The notes beneath the pieces were generated by a model. That model saw only the letters and a list, made by a program, of their open reading frames with translations, was not told where the DNA came from and searched no databases. 64,000 bases of DNA from a virus (Duplodnaviria; Caudoviricetes), in the IMG/VR virus record IMGVR_UViG_3300032030_002018; one strand, written 5' to 3'. Position numbers and translations under genes: made by a program. Below, one piece after another: positions 1-9,660 of the stretch (position 1 is the first letter of the stretch; each line of letters starts with the position of its first letter).

Positions 1-441
1 ACATAACACAACATTAACAACATTGTTGTTCAATAACGAAAAATCAGCACAATAACTACGCGAATTACGACGCTTCCAAGACCAACACTCACCAACAGAA
101 CTGAAAGATAAATCATCCAAACTACCAGACGCATCAATGTCAATACTGCGCTCAACATATATCAAACCACGCTTGTTGAACGTTAAATGACCTAAAACAT
201 CAACCTTAAAATTATGGCGAAAATATTGAAAACCATCACGTCTTACACCATCAGTACTCTTACAAGCCCAATCATAAGCAATACTAAACGCATCCTCATA
301 ATAATCAGATAACTTACCAACAAAAGAAGATAACTTACCCCTGACACCAAAACCCCTTATGTAATCCAATATAATACCTATATAATCCAAAGAAGATTCC
401 AATATCAAACCCAATTGACGCTCATTCAACCTGATAACCAT
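1..441 (-). CDS. Hypothetical phage protein (runs off window), N-terminal MVIRLNERQL motif
   Basis: Manually translated open frame from ATG at 441 to the window edge; N-terminus resembles the IRLTE/IRLNE motif family in this window. Confidence 0.75.
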   Translation of the reverse strand, partial: MVIRLNERQLGLILESSLDYIGIILDYIRGFGVRGKLSSFVGKLSDYYEDAFSIAYDWACKSTDGVRRDGFQYFRHNFKVDVLGHLTFNKRGLIYVERSIDIDASGSLDDLSFSSVGECWSWKRRNSRSYCADFSLLNNNVVNVVLC

Positions 442-444
442 ATG

Positions 445-1257
445 TCATTCACCAAATTTTTCCCTTATAATATCAATAATGTGAAACTGCTGTATCTTAC
501 GCATAGCAATACAACTCAAATAACCACACCAATCAAAATTGCATAAATAATCAATTACATCATCACGAAAAGGACAACTGTCATCTATCTTTATCTTGTA
601 CTCAGCAGAATAACTCTCACCATCAGACAATATCTTACCAGCACTGCCATCTCCCCAAGCACACATACGAATGTCATACACAAAATCATTATATCGCTTA
701 CTGTCATTCCTACATATACTAACATAAGATAACTTACTAGACGCCTTACTGTTTAACTTACCAGATAACGGACGACGATAAACATTGAAACAACAACGCA
801 ACTTCACACCACTGTATGATAACTCACCCAAATCCTCACTGTGTATCAAATCAAACTCATATAAGGACTGAACATTGCCTAACTGACTTATAGGCAATAT
901 AAACGCAATGTAATCACATATAACAACACTCTTCTTGAAAAACTTCTGAGCCAAATTCATCCTACTGCCATAAGGAGGATTACCAATCACCAAACGATTA
1001 CTCCTGTAATCAATAGGATATTCCAACCAATCAGCACGAATAATATCAATACCATTAACATTGTCAACACCAGAATCAATGTCAATACATAACATAGGCT
1101 TCCTGTTAACAATAGAATGATGAAGAAACGAACCATTACCAACAGAAGGCTCAACAATCTCATCAATATTATCCTCACCAATCAAATCAATAACAACATC
1201 ATAACAATGATTCGCAATAGATACAGGAGTGAAATACTTGTCTAATACTATCTTCAT
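445..1257 (-). CDS. N6-adenine (amino) DNA methyltransferase
   Basis: SAM-binding EPSVGNGSF motif and catalytic GNPPY motif; ATG start MKIVLDKYFT. Confidence 0.85.
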   Translation of the reverse strand: MKIVLDKYFTPVSIANHCYDVVIDLIGEDNIDEIVEPSVGNGSFLHHSIVNRKPMLCIDIDSGVDNVNGIDIIRADWLEYPIDYRSNRLVIGNPPYGSRMNLAQKFFKKSVVICDYIAFILPISQLGNVQSLYEFDLIHSEDLGELSYSGVKLRCCFNVYRRPLSGKLNSKASSKLSYVSICRNDSKRYNDFVYDIRMCAWGDGSAGKILSDGESYSAEYKIKIDDSCPFRDDVIDYLCNFDWCGYLSCIAMRKIQQFHIIDIIREKFGE

Positions 1258-1269
1258 ATATATAACCAA

Positions 1270-1995
1270 CTAATTACCATATTCACTCATAGGATGAACG
1301 TAATTCCAATTTGGAGTGTTCCTGTATATATCAACACTCTCATCAGGAACATAAATAGCAATGTGATAACTATTCAAAAACATATTCTCATCAGCACCAA
1401 CAGGAGGCGTAACAGCATATAACAATATATCTAAATCATAAGACGCATTAAACAAACCAGGACCAATACGCTCCAAAGTACTCGGCAACTCTATCTTAAG
1501 ACGACCATCAGGACGAATCATAGCAAAACAACTGTCATCAGTAAAAATAACACCCTCAGGAATACTTATACCACTTGAACATATCGAATGTATACCACCA
1601 AACGCATTCTTACCAATATTCCTTATAGTCGAAGGCAATATTATACCATATAAATCAGTACCAATAAACATATTGTCAGAAACAATCGTATCATCAATCA
1701 AATGATATACAACACGATGTATATCACTGTCATCAAAAGTGTAACCAGTTACAATACTATCCAACCTGATACCATCAACCTCCATATAAGATATGTTTGA
1801 CCTACCACCACGAAATAATATCGTCACATCACCATCCATACCTAAATATTCAGCAATTATTACACTGTCAATATACGGATTGTAATGAACATCCTCAATA
1901 TCATCACAATAACTTATATTCGGCAACTTCTTACCATCACCACTAACCCATTCCTCATAATCAGTATGAGAACTAAAACGCCTTAAATATTTCAT
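1270..1995 (-). CDS. BspA-type leucine-rich repeat protein
   Basis: ILPSTIRNIGKNAF, IPEGV..., LPSTLERIG..LF repeats and C-terminal TPP...IYVPDESVDIY; start set to MKYLRRF. Confidence 0.75.
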   Translation of the reverse strand: MKYLRRFSSHTDYEEWVSGDGKKLPNISYCDDIEDVHYNPYIDSVIIAEYLGMDGDVTILFRGGRSNISYMEVDGIRLDSIVTGYTFDDSDIHRVVYHLIDDTIVSDNMFIGTDLYGIILPSTIRNIGKNAFGGIHSICSSGISIPEGVIFTDDSCFAMIRPDGRLKIELPSTLERIGPGLFNASYDLDILLYAVTPPVGADENMFLNSYHIAIYVPDESVDIYRNTPNWNYVHPMSEYGN

Positions 1996-2101
1996 AATAA
2001 TAATACATTTTTTCTTAATAAATATAACAAAAATCCAATATTTTTTCACATAGTTTAATAATAATTATTGGCAATTATAGACAAGTTGACACGATTATAT
2101 T

Positions 2102-2130
2102 AAAAATGCAGTCGTTTCCGACTGCATTTT
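2102..2130. terminator. Bidirectional intrinsic terminator just inside the IS left end
   Basis: AAAAATGCAGTCG-TTTC-CGACTGCATTTT hairpin flanked by A and T tracts. Confidence 0.65.
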
Positions 2131-2488
2131 ATTGATTTTCAATAAACAGCCTTAATTTGTTTATTATGTTATCAATGTTAAGAAGAACGAAATGATGAAT
2201 GTTTTCCACAACTGTTAATTGAACCTCTAATATTCCGTTATATCTATATACGTTGTAACAGTCATTATTATTTTGTATATATAAAACAATAGTAGGGGTC
2301 CCTCCAATACCCACATCACCATTTATTACAAATGTGTTATTTTTTAATCCACCTCCATAATAATACTTAATCCAAACTTCTTTTCCTATGTTGCATTGTT
2401 GTGTTATGCATTTATAAAAATATGATGTTGATAATTGTAGTGCAGAACGAATGTCTGATGTTTCATAAATATAAACGAAATCTTCCAT
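2129..2488 (-). CDS. Hypothetical passenger protein of the IS
   Basis: 119-aa ORF inside the TIRs, with a TAAATTTG element upstream and a terminator downstream. Confidence 0.6.
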   Translation of the reverse strand: MEDFVYIYETSDIRSALQLSTSYFYKCITQQCNIGKEVWIKYYYGGGLKNNTFVINGDVGIGGTPTIVLYIQNNNDCYNVYRYNGILEVQLTVVENIHHFVLLNIDNIINKLRLFIENQ

Positions 2489-2554
2489 ACCTTTTTTTTC
2501 TGCAAATTTATTATTATTTTATGAAAGTATAGATATTTATTTAGAAAAACCACA

Positions 2555-3643
2555 ATGAATTCTTTAAAAACAACAATATATAAAAATTTAAAAAATGAGG
2601 GAATTGACGATATCCGAATTAAAGACATAATAAAAGAAGTAGAAGAATATTACAATTATTTGAATGACTTTAACCTTGAGCGATTAGATTATATTGGATT
2701 TTTAAGGGCAATTCAATATGGGAAATTCTTGAAAGTAAACGATGTCTATTGGAAAAATGCAAATGTTTGGAACGATACCAAAATATACTCAGATGACGGT
2801 ATCGTAATTTGGAAACCACGTAATTTCAAAGAATCAGAAACTTTGGGAAACCAAATATGGTGTGTTTCATATAGAGACTACAGATGGAATGAACACGTCA
2901 ATTATAATGGTGAAACTATTTATATGATATATAATGGATGGGTAGATGAATATTTACAATACACAAGTGCTTGTGTTGAACGGAATGGAAACATAATAAT
3001 TTATGATTGCAAACATAATCAACTATCTGGGGAAGAGAAAAAAACTTTCTTAAAAAGTTTGGGGAAAGGCTTATCAGTTTTAAAGCCAACTCCAAAGGAA
3101 AAAGATAGAGTTCCACAAAATATATCAGTTGATAATGATGGAAACTATGTATCGGCAAATGATGATGGCGCGGATTACGTATCAGAAAATAATCAATATA
3201 AATATAATAGAAATAATATGAAAAAGAGAATTAGACTAACAGAAAGTGACCTACATAGAATAGTGAACAGGTCAGTAAAAATGACACTGAATGAAATCGG
3301 TGATACAACCAAGGGACAGTATATGCTTGGAAGATTGTATGCTAAATATAAAGGGGAAAACGATGAAAAAGCAAGAGAGATAGATAAGTACGCATCTAAT
3401 CGTAGGAAAGAACAGAATAATGGTTACGATAACCTTCCGAGCTATTGGGGACTTGGTAGATGTACCAACCCTATGAGGCACGAATTCAAAGATGGTGTAG
3501 AGGAATATTGTTTAACACCGGGTACACCAGCTTTGGGATGGATAAAACATCTTGATAAGTTAATAGCAAAATCTCATCTCAATGGCGATGAATCAAGGTG
3601 GCGGTTAGAAAGAGAACTTGAAGACGGAGCTCTTAGACGCTGA
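2555..3643 (+). CDS. Hypothetical passenger protein with internal MKKRIRLTESDL motif (possible second start at 3218)
   Basis: 362-aa ORF; motif shared with 8720-9001 and 18531-18887. Confidence 0.75.
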   Translation: MNSLKTTIYKNLKNEGIDDIRIKDIIKEVEEYYNYLNDFNLERLDYIGFLRAIQYGKFLKVNDVYWKNANVWNDTKIYSDDGIVIWKPRNFKESETLGNQIWCVSYRDYRWNEHVNYNGETIYMIYNGWVDEYLQYTSACVERNGNIIIYDCKHNQLSGEEKKTFLKSLGKGLSVLKPTPKEKDRVPQNISVDNDGNYVSANDDGADYVSENNQYKYNRNNMKKRIRLTESDLHRIVNRSVKMTLNEIGDTTKGQYMLGRLYAKYKGENDEKAREIDKYASNRRKEQNNGYDNLPSYWGLGRCTNPMRHEFKDGVEEYCLTPGTPALGWIKHLDKLIAKSHLNGDESRWRLERELEDGALRR

Positions 3644-3645
3644 TA

Positions 3646-4623
3646 TTAAGCAGCCACAAATCCTGCTCTTATATCAGACCATTTCTTAACAAGTCCTATA
3701 GACTTGTTGAACATATCAATGAAGCGTTCCGTTTGGGACGCTTTTCTTGTATTCCACCTATACACAGCCTCATCAATGTAAGACTGCAAATGAGCATCAC
3801 TCACGTCGTGGTAACAACCTGTTATCATCCTTCTGAAATGACTCCAAAAACCCTCAATGCCATTCGTGAAAATGTCATCCTTGACATACTCATCAGAGCC
3901 GTGGCACACAACCTCGTGAGTATAACCAAGTTCTGACAAACCATTGTATGAATTCAACTCATCAGTGATAACCCTTGAACCATCAACAACGAACTGACCA
4001 ATGATGGGAAGCAAGGTGTCCTTGTTCGTGTTCTCAACGACAAACGCGTGAACGTATGACATAGGTTCTTCCTCACCCCTTACATTGATGAAGACATCAC
4101 GCTTTACCATACCAAAGACAGGTGTCTTCGTCTTGGTGGAACGTCCCTGAGTGTGTGGTGTGCGCATTGACTTGTGCTTCCACTTCTCCCTGCCACCGAT
4201 ATACACCTCATCACATTCAACCGTGCCGTCAAATCCCTCTGTGTCACTCTGTTGGAACAGAGCGCGTATCTTGTGAAGCATATGCCAAGCAGTCTTCTGT
4301 GATATGGCTATGTCACGAGCCAACTGACAGGATGAAATGCCTTTCTTGTGGGAAGAAATAAGGTACATAGCCACGAACCACTTGGTAAGTGGTGTCTTGG
4401 TGTTCTCAAAGATTGTTCCTACAAGGCAGGAAAAGTACTTGTTGCAATGAGTGCAATGGTATCTGCCGTTCTTGGCGGTCTGGCAGTGATGTTTGCCACA
4501 ATATGGGCAAATGATGTCTCCGTCGGCCCATCTGCTTTCGATGATTGTCTGTTTGCAGATGTCTTCGGTGTTGAAGTAAGTGGTAAGAGAGATAAGGCTG
4601 TTGAACTTGGTAAAATCTATCAT
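3646..4623 (-). CDS. IS1595-family (ISXO2-like) DDE transposase
   Basis: CPYC...CTHC zinc ribbon, KKGISSCQLAR HTH, VECDEVYIGG, ITDE, TNGIEGFWS, HLQSYIDE. Confidence 0.95.
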   Translation of the reverse strand: MIDFTKFNSLISLTTYFNTEDICKQTIIESRWADGDIICPYCGKHHCQTAKNGRYHCTHCNKYFSCLVGTIFENTKTPLTKWFVAMYLISSHKKGISSCQLARDIAISQKTAWHMLHKIRALFQQSDTEGFDGTVECDEVYIGGREKWKHKSMRTPHTQGRSTKTKTPVFGMVKRDVFINVRGEEEPMSYVHAFVVENTNKDTLLPIIGQFVVDGSRVITDELNSYNGLSELGYTHEVVCHGSDEYVKDDIFTNGIEGFWSHFRRMITGCYHDVSDAHLQSYIDEAVYRWNTRKASQTERFIDMFNKSIGLVKKWSDIRAGFVAA

Positions 4624-4731
4624 ATTATATAGTGGTTTGTTTCCACTATAAAATGTAATAAAAACTTTTTAAAAGTCCAGCCTTTATAGTGTTAAAAATG
4701 CTGGATTCGTGTTAACTCGTCTATAATTGCC

Positions 4732-4870
4732 AAAAAAATTTCCGGAAATTTTTTCACTTTATCATTTATTCACAAAAATATTCCGGAAAAATTTTTAATA
4801 TAACATTTTCAGCAAAAAATATTCACTTTATCATTTATTCACAAAAATATTCCGGAAAATTATTCGGAAA
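4732..4870. repeat. Direct repeats and TTCCGGAA palindromes
   Basis: CACTTTATCATTTATTCACAAAAATATTCCGGAAAA twice (~4755, ~4824); AAAAAATTTCCGGAAATTTTTT palindrome at ~4733-4754. Confidence 0.8.
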
Positions 4871-4900
4871 ACTGTTCGCCCAAAAAACACCATTGAAATA

Positions 4901-4944
4901 GGTGGGTAGGTGGTGGGTAAGGTAGGGAGGGGTAGGGGGAGGGG
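4901..4944 (+). other. G-rich tract with G-quadruplex potential
   Basis: GGTGGGTAGGTGGTGGGTAAGGTAGGGAGGGGTAGGGGGAGGGG, six runs of 3 or more G in an AT-rich genome. Confidence 0.7.
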
Positions 4945-5174
4945 ATGTATATCCCACAATTAACTGTTAAATAATGTTAAAATATTTCCATATCTCAAAT
5001 AAATTGTTTACATTTGTGACAGCACAGCATATACCCAAATTTTAATCCTAATTGTTAAAGAATGTTAAAATGCGCCATCATAGCAAAAAAAAATGACAAA
5101 TGTTTTGTTATATCAAATAAATTGTTTACATTTGGAATGTTCACTTAATTAATAACCTTTTAATCCCCATCATT

Positions 5175-5777
5175 ATGGAACAATTCATTAACAACATTAA
5201 GGGTGGCACATTTGGAGTGTATGTTGCCACACTCACAGAGAAGACTATGAACAAGGGTGGTCGCAAGGGTGTTGCTCCAAATCCACTCATTGGCAAGGTC
5301 TTTACACTCGCCCTCTATCAGAATGCCATCACAGGTTGTGCCTATCGCTCACTTGTCAAGAGTGAGTGCAAGCGAGAGGGTATCAATGTGGATGACTTTG
5401 ACAAGGTTTTCCCACCAAGTGAGACCTATGCAGACACAGACAACAACAAGATTTTCACCCACAAGACAAGTGGCAAGAAGTACTTTCGCCTTTACCTTTC
5501 CAATGGTAGGGAGCGCAGTAAGGTTAAGTATGATACCTTGATTTTGGATGGTGGTGTGTATCGCTACCCAACAAGTGAAGAGGCTGCCACAATCAAACTC
5601 TACACTCCAAGCAAGTCCGCAAGTGCAAAGCAAGTTGGTCTTGGAATAACCAACATTGTTGAGGTGCGCAACATCACCCTTGAAAATGTGTTGTTCATCA
5701 AGCAAGGTGACAAAGAAATAAAGAGGGATGACAATGTGACAATCCCAAGTGACTTAAAGTCATTCTTCGCAAAATAA
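5175..5777 (+). CDS. Hypothetical early protein
   Basis: 200-aa ORF with own promoter (~5127) and terminator. Confidence 0.85.
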   Translation: MEQFINNIKGGTFGVYVATLTEKTMNKGGRKGVAPNPLIGKVFTLALYQNAITGCAYRSLVKSECKREGINVDDFDKVFPPSETYADTDNNKIFTHKTSGKKYFRLYLSNGRERSKVKYDTLILDGGVYRYPTSEEAATIKLYTPSKSASAKQVGLGITNIVEVRNITLENVLFIKQGDKEIKRDDNVTIPSDLKSFFAK

Positions 5778-5793
5778 GTACTTAATTAAGTAC
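5778..5793. repeat. 16-bp palindrome GTACTTAATTAAGTAC (copy 1 of 6)
   Basis: Other copies at 8297, 12063 (one mismatch each), 27504, 27952, 28456. Confidence 0.85.
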
Positions 5794-5805
5794 TATATAG
5801 CATAA

Positions 5806-5845
5806 AATCACTCACAATTATTTTTGGTTGTGGGTGATTTTTTTT
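5806..5845 (+). terminator. Intrinsic terminator (family also at ~6409 and ~6876)
   Basis: AATCACTCACAAT...GTTGTGGGTGATT followed by a T tract. Confidence 0.75.
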
Positions 5846-6030
5846 ATGTTTTTATTTGGATATATGAAATAAATTGCTTACATTTGTGTCAGCAGAGAAG
5901 TATATTTTTGCTTTATAAAAGCATATAGAATAAGCAAAAAAAGTTTGAAAAAAGTTGTATAAATGTTTGGTAGTTTAAAACAAATTGCTTACATTTGGAA
6001 TGTTGTTAAACCTTTTAAACCTTTTAAGAT

Positions 6031-6396
6031 ATGGTAAATAGAGATTGGAATGAGATTAAGAAAAGAATCACCAACCAAGCACAAAGAGAGTACAATCTCC
6101 TTTGTGAGAAGGTGAATGGGTTGAACTTTTGTGAGGCATTGAAAACCTTGGATGGTTTCAACCTTGAAGAGGAAGTTTCTACATTTGGAGAGAACAATGA
6201 AGTAATTTCCTCAAATATGGTGTTTGACTATTCATTCAAGCACATAAGAGGTGCAGTGTTCAGTCTTGATGATGGTGGCATTGAGATTTGGGATGAGTTG
6301 TGCTATGTTGAACAAGGAGAGGAAGTTGCTTGGTTTGATATCACCTACAAAGGTGAAGTGCAATTTGATAGGTGGATGGTGGAAGGCATTGAGTAA
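6031..6396 (+). CDS. Hypothetical acidic protein
   Basis: ORF with own promoter and terminator. Confidence 0.8.
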   Translation: MVNRDWNEIKKRITNQAQREYNLLCEKVNGLNFCEALKTLDGFNLEEEVSTFGENNEVISSNMVFDYSFKHIRGAVFSLDDGGIEIWDELCYVEQGEEVAWFDITYKGEVQFDRWMVEGIE

Positions 6397-6519
6397 TATA
6401 TAGCATAAAATCACTCGCACTTTTTTTTCAAGGTGTGGGTGATTTTTTTATGTTTTTATTTGGATATTTCAGATAAATTGTTTACATTTGCGCCATAACC
6501 AATAAAAACAGATTAAGAT

Positions 6520-6705
6520 ATGACAACAAACATTAAAATCAAAGCAATGTGCGAAAAAGCATTTAAGGATTCGCACAATGTGGATGATTTTCTCTATAAG
6601 AGAATTGAATTGTGGTTACAAAAAGCCTATGACCTTGGTCACTCTGATGGATATGCACAATGTGTTTATGATACAATGGAACAACAATCAAAGAGAGGGA
6701 AATAA
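6520..6705 (+). CDS. Small hypothetical protein
   Basis: ORF directly after the consensus promoter/leader. Confidence 0.75.
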   Translation: MTTNIKIKAMCEKAFKDSHNVDDFLYKRIELWLQKAYDLGHSDGYAQCVYDTMEQQSKRGK

Positions 6706-6708
6706 GAT

Positions 6709-6870
6709 ATGTTTACATTAATTTGTCTATTATTCCTACTCACAAACTTTATATGTGATAGGGAAGAATTAAAAGACGAAAGTTGGAGTAGTGCTATCAA
6801 ATTTGTGTTGGTGTTTTGTGTGTTAATAGATGTTTTTATAGTGCTACCATATTATCTATTGTGTTGCTAA
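6709..6870 (+). CDS. Small membrane protein (53 aa)
   Basis: Manual translation MFTLICLLFLL...VLPYYLLCC with two hydrophobic stretches; followed by a terminator. Confidence 0.55.
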   Translation: MFTLICLLFLLTNFICDREELKDESWSSAIKFVLVFCVLIDVFIVLPYYLLCC

Positions 6871-6940
6871 AATAAGTCACCCACAATCAGTTTAGGTTGT
6901 GGGTGGTCTTTTTATGTATGTGGTTATATATAGGAATAAA

Positions 6941-6972
6941 AAAACCACCAATGTTTCACAACATCAGTGGTT
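6941..6972 (-). terminator. CCAC..TGTTGTGAAACA..GTGG terminator family (also ~10732, ~12811, ~15751, ~20976, ~22961)
   Basis: Conserved hairpin followed by a T tract on the minus strand, six copies. Confidence 0.8.
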
Positions 6973-7452
6973 CTAACACAGTCTTATATTTATGAACAAT
7001 GCAAATGTAAGAAATTTATTTCATATTGCCAAATAATTTGCAAAGAAAATCACATTAAAATTTGCTTTTTTCAAATTAAACATATATCTTTGCAATGTCT
7101 ATATAGATATATTAGATAATTGCAATTATTTGGGGATAATGCTTTCGATGGGGATTAGAAAGCATTATCCTCTTTTTTTATGTATATATCTCCATCTGTC
7201 ACAAATGTAAGAAATTTATTTTGCGTTTCCAAATAAATTAACATAAAAATTTCAATAAAATTATTCAAAAAAAGTGGTTGCAATATTTGGTTGTTTCATT
7301 TAAATTGCTTACATTTGTGTCAGCAAATGTTATGCAATGGTATATGAATAGATGTATTAAAAAAAATGAAAAAAAGTTACTCAAATATTTGGTTATATCA
7401 AAAAAATAGTTTACATTTGCAATGTTGTTAAACCAATAAAACCATATAGGAT

Positions 7453-8130
7453 ATGAACAGAAGAACATTTGAATTAGTTAGCAATGAATTGTCAAAGTTT
7501 GCTCCCAATGTGCCAATGTGGGGTCGCAGACAGAACTTTGAGGACAATAGTGTAATAACATTAGGTCAGTTAAATCATATATATACTTTGACTGACCTTG
7601 AGCGCGTTATGGCAACCAAAGGTTTGGATGAGGATAGCAAGAACTACCATAGGAGAAGATGGTTTCACACTTGGTGTGCTTGGATTGATGAATACCTATT
7701 CTACTCACTCCCAAATGTGACCAAGAATAGTGATGAGTATAGTCCTGATTGGGATATTGAATTTGACAATGGCGAACAATATGACATCAAGTCCACAAAG
7801 GTTCTTGCAAGGATTGAGAAGAACAAGTCCTTTGATTGGATATTGAAGAATCACACAGACATCATTGAGAGTTTGGAGAGCAATGCAAGTACAAGTCGCA
7901 AGACTGACCAAGATAGATTGTATGTGCTTACGTATAGTCACAAAGGTCACACACAGACAGACCACGATAGGGTTGCAGTTGATTGGGAGTTGAAGAAGAA
8001 GGCTTTCAAGTATGTGGCTGACCACATTGATGACATTAATGTGTTCTACCACAATGGTGTGAATGTGGTGATTCTCTATTTGATTGAGAACAATGATGGT
8101 TCAACTAAATTCTTCACCTATGAGACTTAA
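7453..8130 (+). CDS. Putative PD-(D/E)xK nuclease-fold protein
   Basis: E...DWDI...YDIKST arrangement resembling a restriction-endonuclease-like active site; inference only. Confidence 0.5.
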   Translation: MNRRTFELVSNELSKFAPNVPMWGRRQNFEDNSVITLGQLNHIYTLTDLERVMATKGLDEDSKNYHRRRWFHTWCAWIDEYLFYSLPNVTKNSDEYSPDWDIEFDNGEQYDIKSTKVLARIEKNKSFDWILKNHTDIIESLESNASTSRKTDQDRLYVLTYSHKGHTQTDHDRVAVDWELKKKAFKYVADHIDDINVFYHNGVNVVILYLIENNDGSTKFFTYET

Positions 8131-8296
8131 TAATTGTGAAATCACTTATGATTACATTGACAAGAACAATGTATATCGTGTTGAGACTGAAACAACAATC
8201 AGTTATTTCCCCACATTTGTTTGCGCCGCGCAATATGCAATGTTGACAAGTGAAATGAAGACCTTGTTTGAAGTGTGGCGTCCCTTTTTGACATAG
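8120..8296 (+). CDS. Small hypothetical protein
   Basis: ATG overlapping the end of the upstream gene (MRLNNCEITY...). Confidence 0.6.
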   Translation: MRLNNCEITYDYIDKNNVYRVETETTISYFPTFVCAAQYAMLTSEMKTLFEVWRPFLT

Positions 8297-8438
8297 GTAC
8301 TTAATTTAGTACCATATAGATTTGGATATATAAAACGTATTAATTATATTTCATTTATGAATATCTATCGTTTAACAAGAGTAAAATTTCCTGTGGTTTT
8401 TCCAAACACAAAGGAATCGTTTCAATTACAACCTTTTT

Positions 8439-8654
8439 ATGCCAAAATCAAATCATTTAAGATATATGGAGACGAATAGTGAAGATAGGTTGCTTGATTA
8501 CATTGATGAATTGGAATCAGCAAAGTGCAAATTGGTGGATAACAATGACAGATTGAGAAGAGATATAATGCGTTTAAAATCAGTCATAGTGTCAAAGAAT
8601 GTATTGATTGTATGTATGTCCATTGTTATTTTATTGCTTTTAATATTCAAATAA
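8439..8654 (+). CDS. Coiled-coil protein with C-terminal transmembrane helix
   Basis: Heptad-like stretch then hydrophobic tail; terminator follows. Confidence 0.65.
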   Translation: MPKSNHLRYMETNSEDRLLDYIDELESAKCKLVDNNDRLRRDIMRLKSVIVSKNVLIVCMSIVILLLLIFK

Positions 8655-8719
8655 ACACAAAAGAACAATCCCCACATCAGTAATATGGTGTGGGGATTTT
8701 TTGTTATTTACCAAACAAT

Positions 8720-9001
8720 TTAGCAATAAGAATGTAGTTTATATTTTTTATTTGGGTTTTTCTTTCTCAATTCCCTTAATTTATCTTCAACTTGTGCGTG
8801 CGAACTCAAATCATAAAGAACCTTATCTGTATCAGCATCAACAATAAGTTCTCCATTCTTCACCTCATAATCCTTATAATATCTCTTTTTCTTATTGCCA
8901 CTTTGGTCTTGTTTGCCATAGGCACTTTCCCTTAATATTCTTCTTACAGACCTATCAACCATCCTGTATAGGTCACTTTCAGTTAATTTAATTCTTCTCA
9001 T
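8720..9001 (-). CDS. Small protein with N-terminal MRRIKLTESDL...ILRE motif
   Basis: Motif family; ATATTTAT upstream instead of the early promoter. Confidence 0.8.
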   Translation of the reverse strand: MRRIKLTESDLYRMVDRSVRRILRESAYGKQDQSGNKKKRYYKDYEVKNGELIVDADTDKVLYDLSSHAQVEDKLRELRKKNPNKKYKLHSYC

Positions 9002-9105
9002 ATCTAATTTTTTTTATTATAAATATAAAGAAAGTTTGAAAAAGATTTGTTCATATCAAATAAATTGTTTACATTTGGGATGTAATCATTAAAATAGATA
9101 AGTAT

Positions 9106-9363
9106 ATGAACAAGAACATTGAAACATACATTGAGATTGTGCTTGGGATTATATCCAATGATTATCCCAAAGCGAATGCCATCATTGAAGGCAATGCCAT
9201 TAAGCTCTTTATTGGTAATGCCTATGTCAATGAGATTGTTGTAATCTCCAATGGTAATACATTGGTAATATCCATTGAAGAAAAACCATTCTTCTCATTT
9301 GACATTAATGATGATGATATAACAGATGCAATTATTGAACCTTTAAATTGGATATTAGGATGA
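9106..9363 (+). CDS. Hypothetical protein
   Basis: ORF after consensus promoter. Confidence 0.75.
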   Translation: MNKNIETYIEIVLGIISNDYPKANAIIEGNAIKLFIGNAYVNEIVVISNGNTLVISIEEKPFFSFDINDDDITDAIIEPLNWILG

Positions 9364-9536
9364 GTATAGAAGACATTCAAAACGAATTGGTTTCAAGGGA
9401 AAAGGATTATGACCTTGAAGGTGTTGAAATCACAGAGGAAGATGCACTCTATGTGAATTTGCTTATGAAAGGCGGATATAGTTTAGAAGTTGCCATTGGC
9501 AAATGCCTTGAGGGAATCTATGAGTGCTTGAACTAA
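9360..9536 (+). CDS. Small acidic hypothetical protein
   Basis: ATGA overlap with the previous stop; terminator follows. Confidence 0.7.
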   Translation: MSIEDIQNELVSREKDYDLEGVEITEEDALYVNLLMKGGYSLEVAIGKCLEGIYECLN

Positions 9537-9660
9537 CAACCCACACACACAAAAGAATAATCCCCACATCAGTAAAATGGTGTGGGGATTTTTTGTTATT
9601 TACATCTCTCTCTGACACAAATGTAAGCAATTTATTTTAGACTACCAAATATTTTAACAA

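Larger units (their letters stand above)
2070..4731. mobile_element. IS1595-family element with two passenger genes
   Basis: 25-bp terminal inverted repeats (GGCAATTATAGACAAGTTGACACGA at 2070-2094; reverse complement at 4707-4731, 23/25 identical) enclosing a DDE transposase and two other ORFs. Confidence 0.85.

Noticed and set aside
445-1995. LRR-methyltransferase fusion by TAG readthrough (same frame)
   Set aside because: One-in-three chance; the methyltransferase has its own ATG and TAG acts as a stop elsewhere
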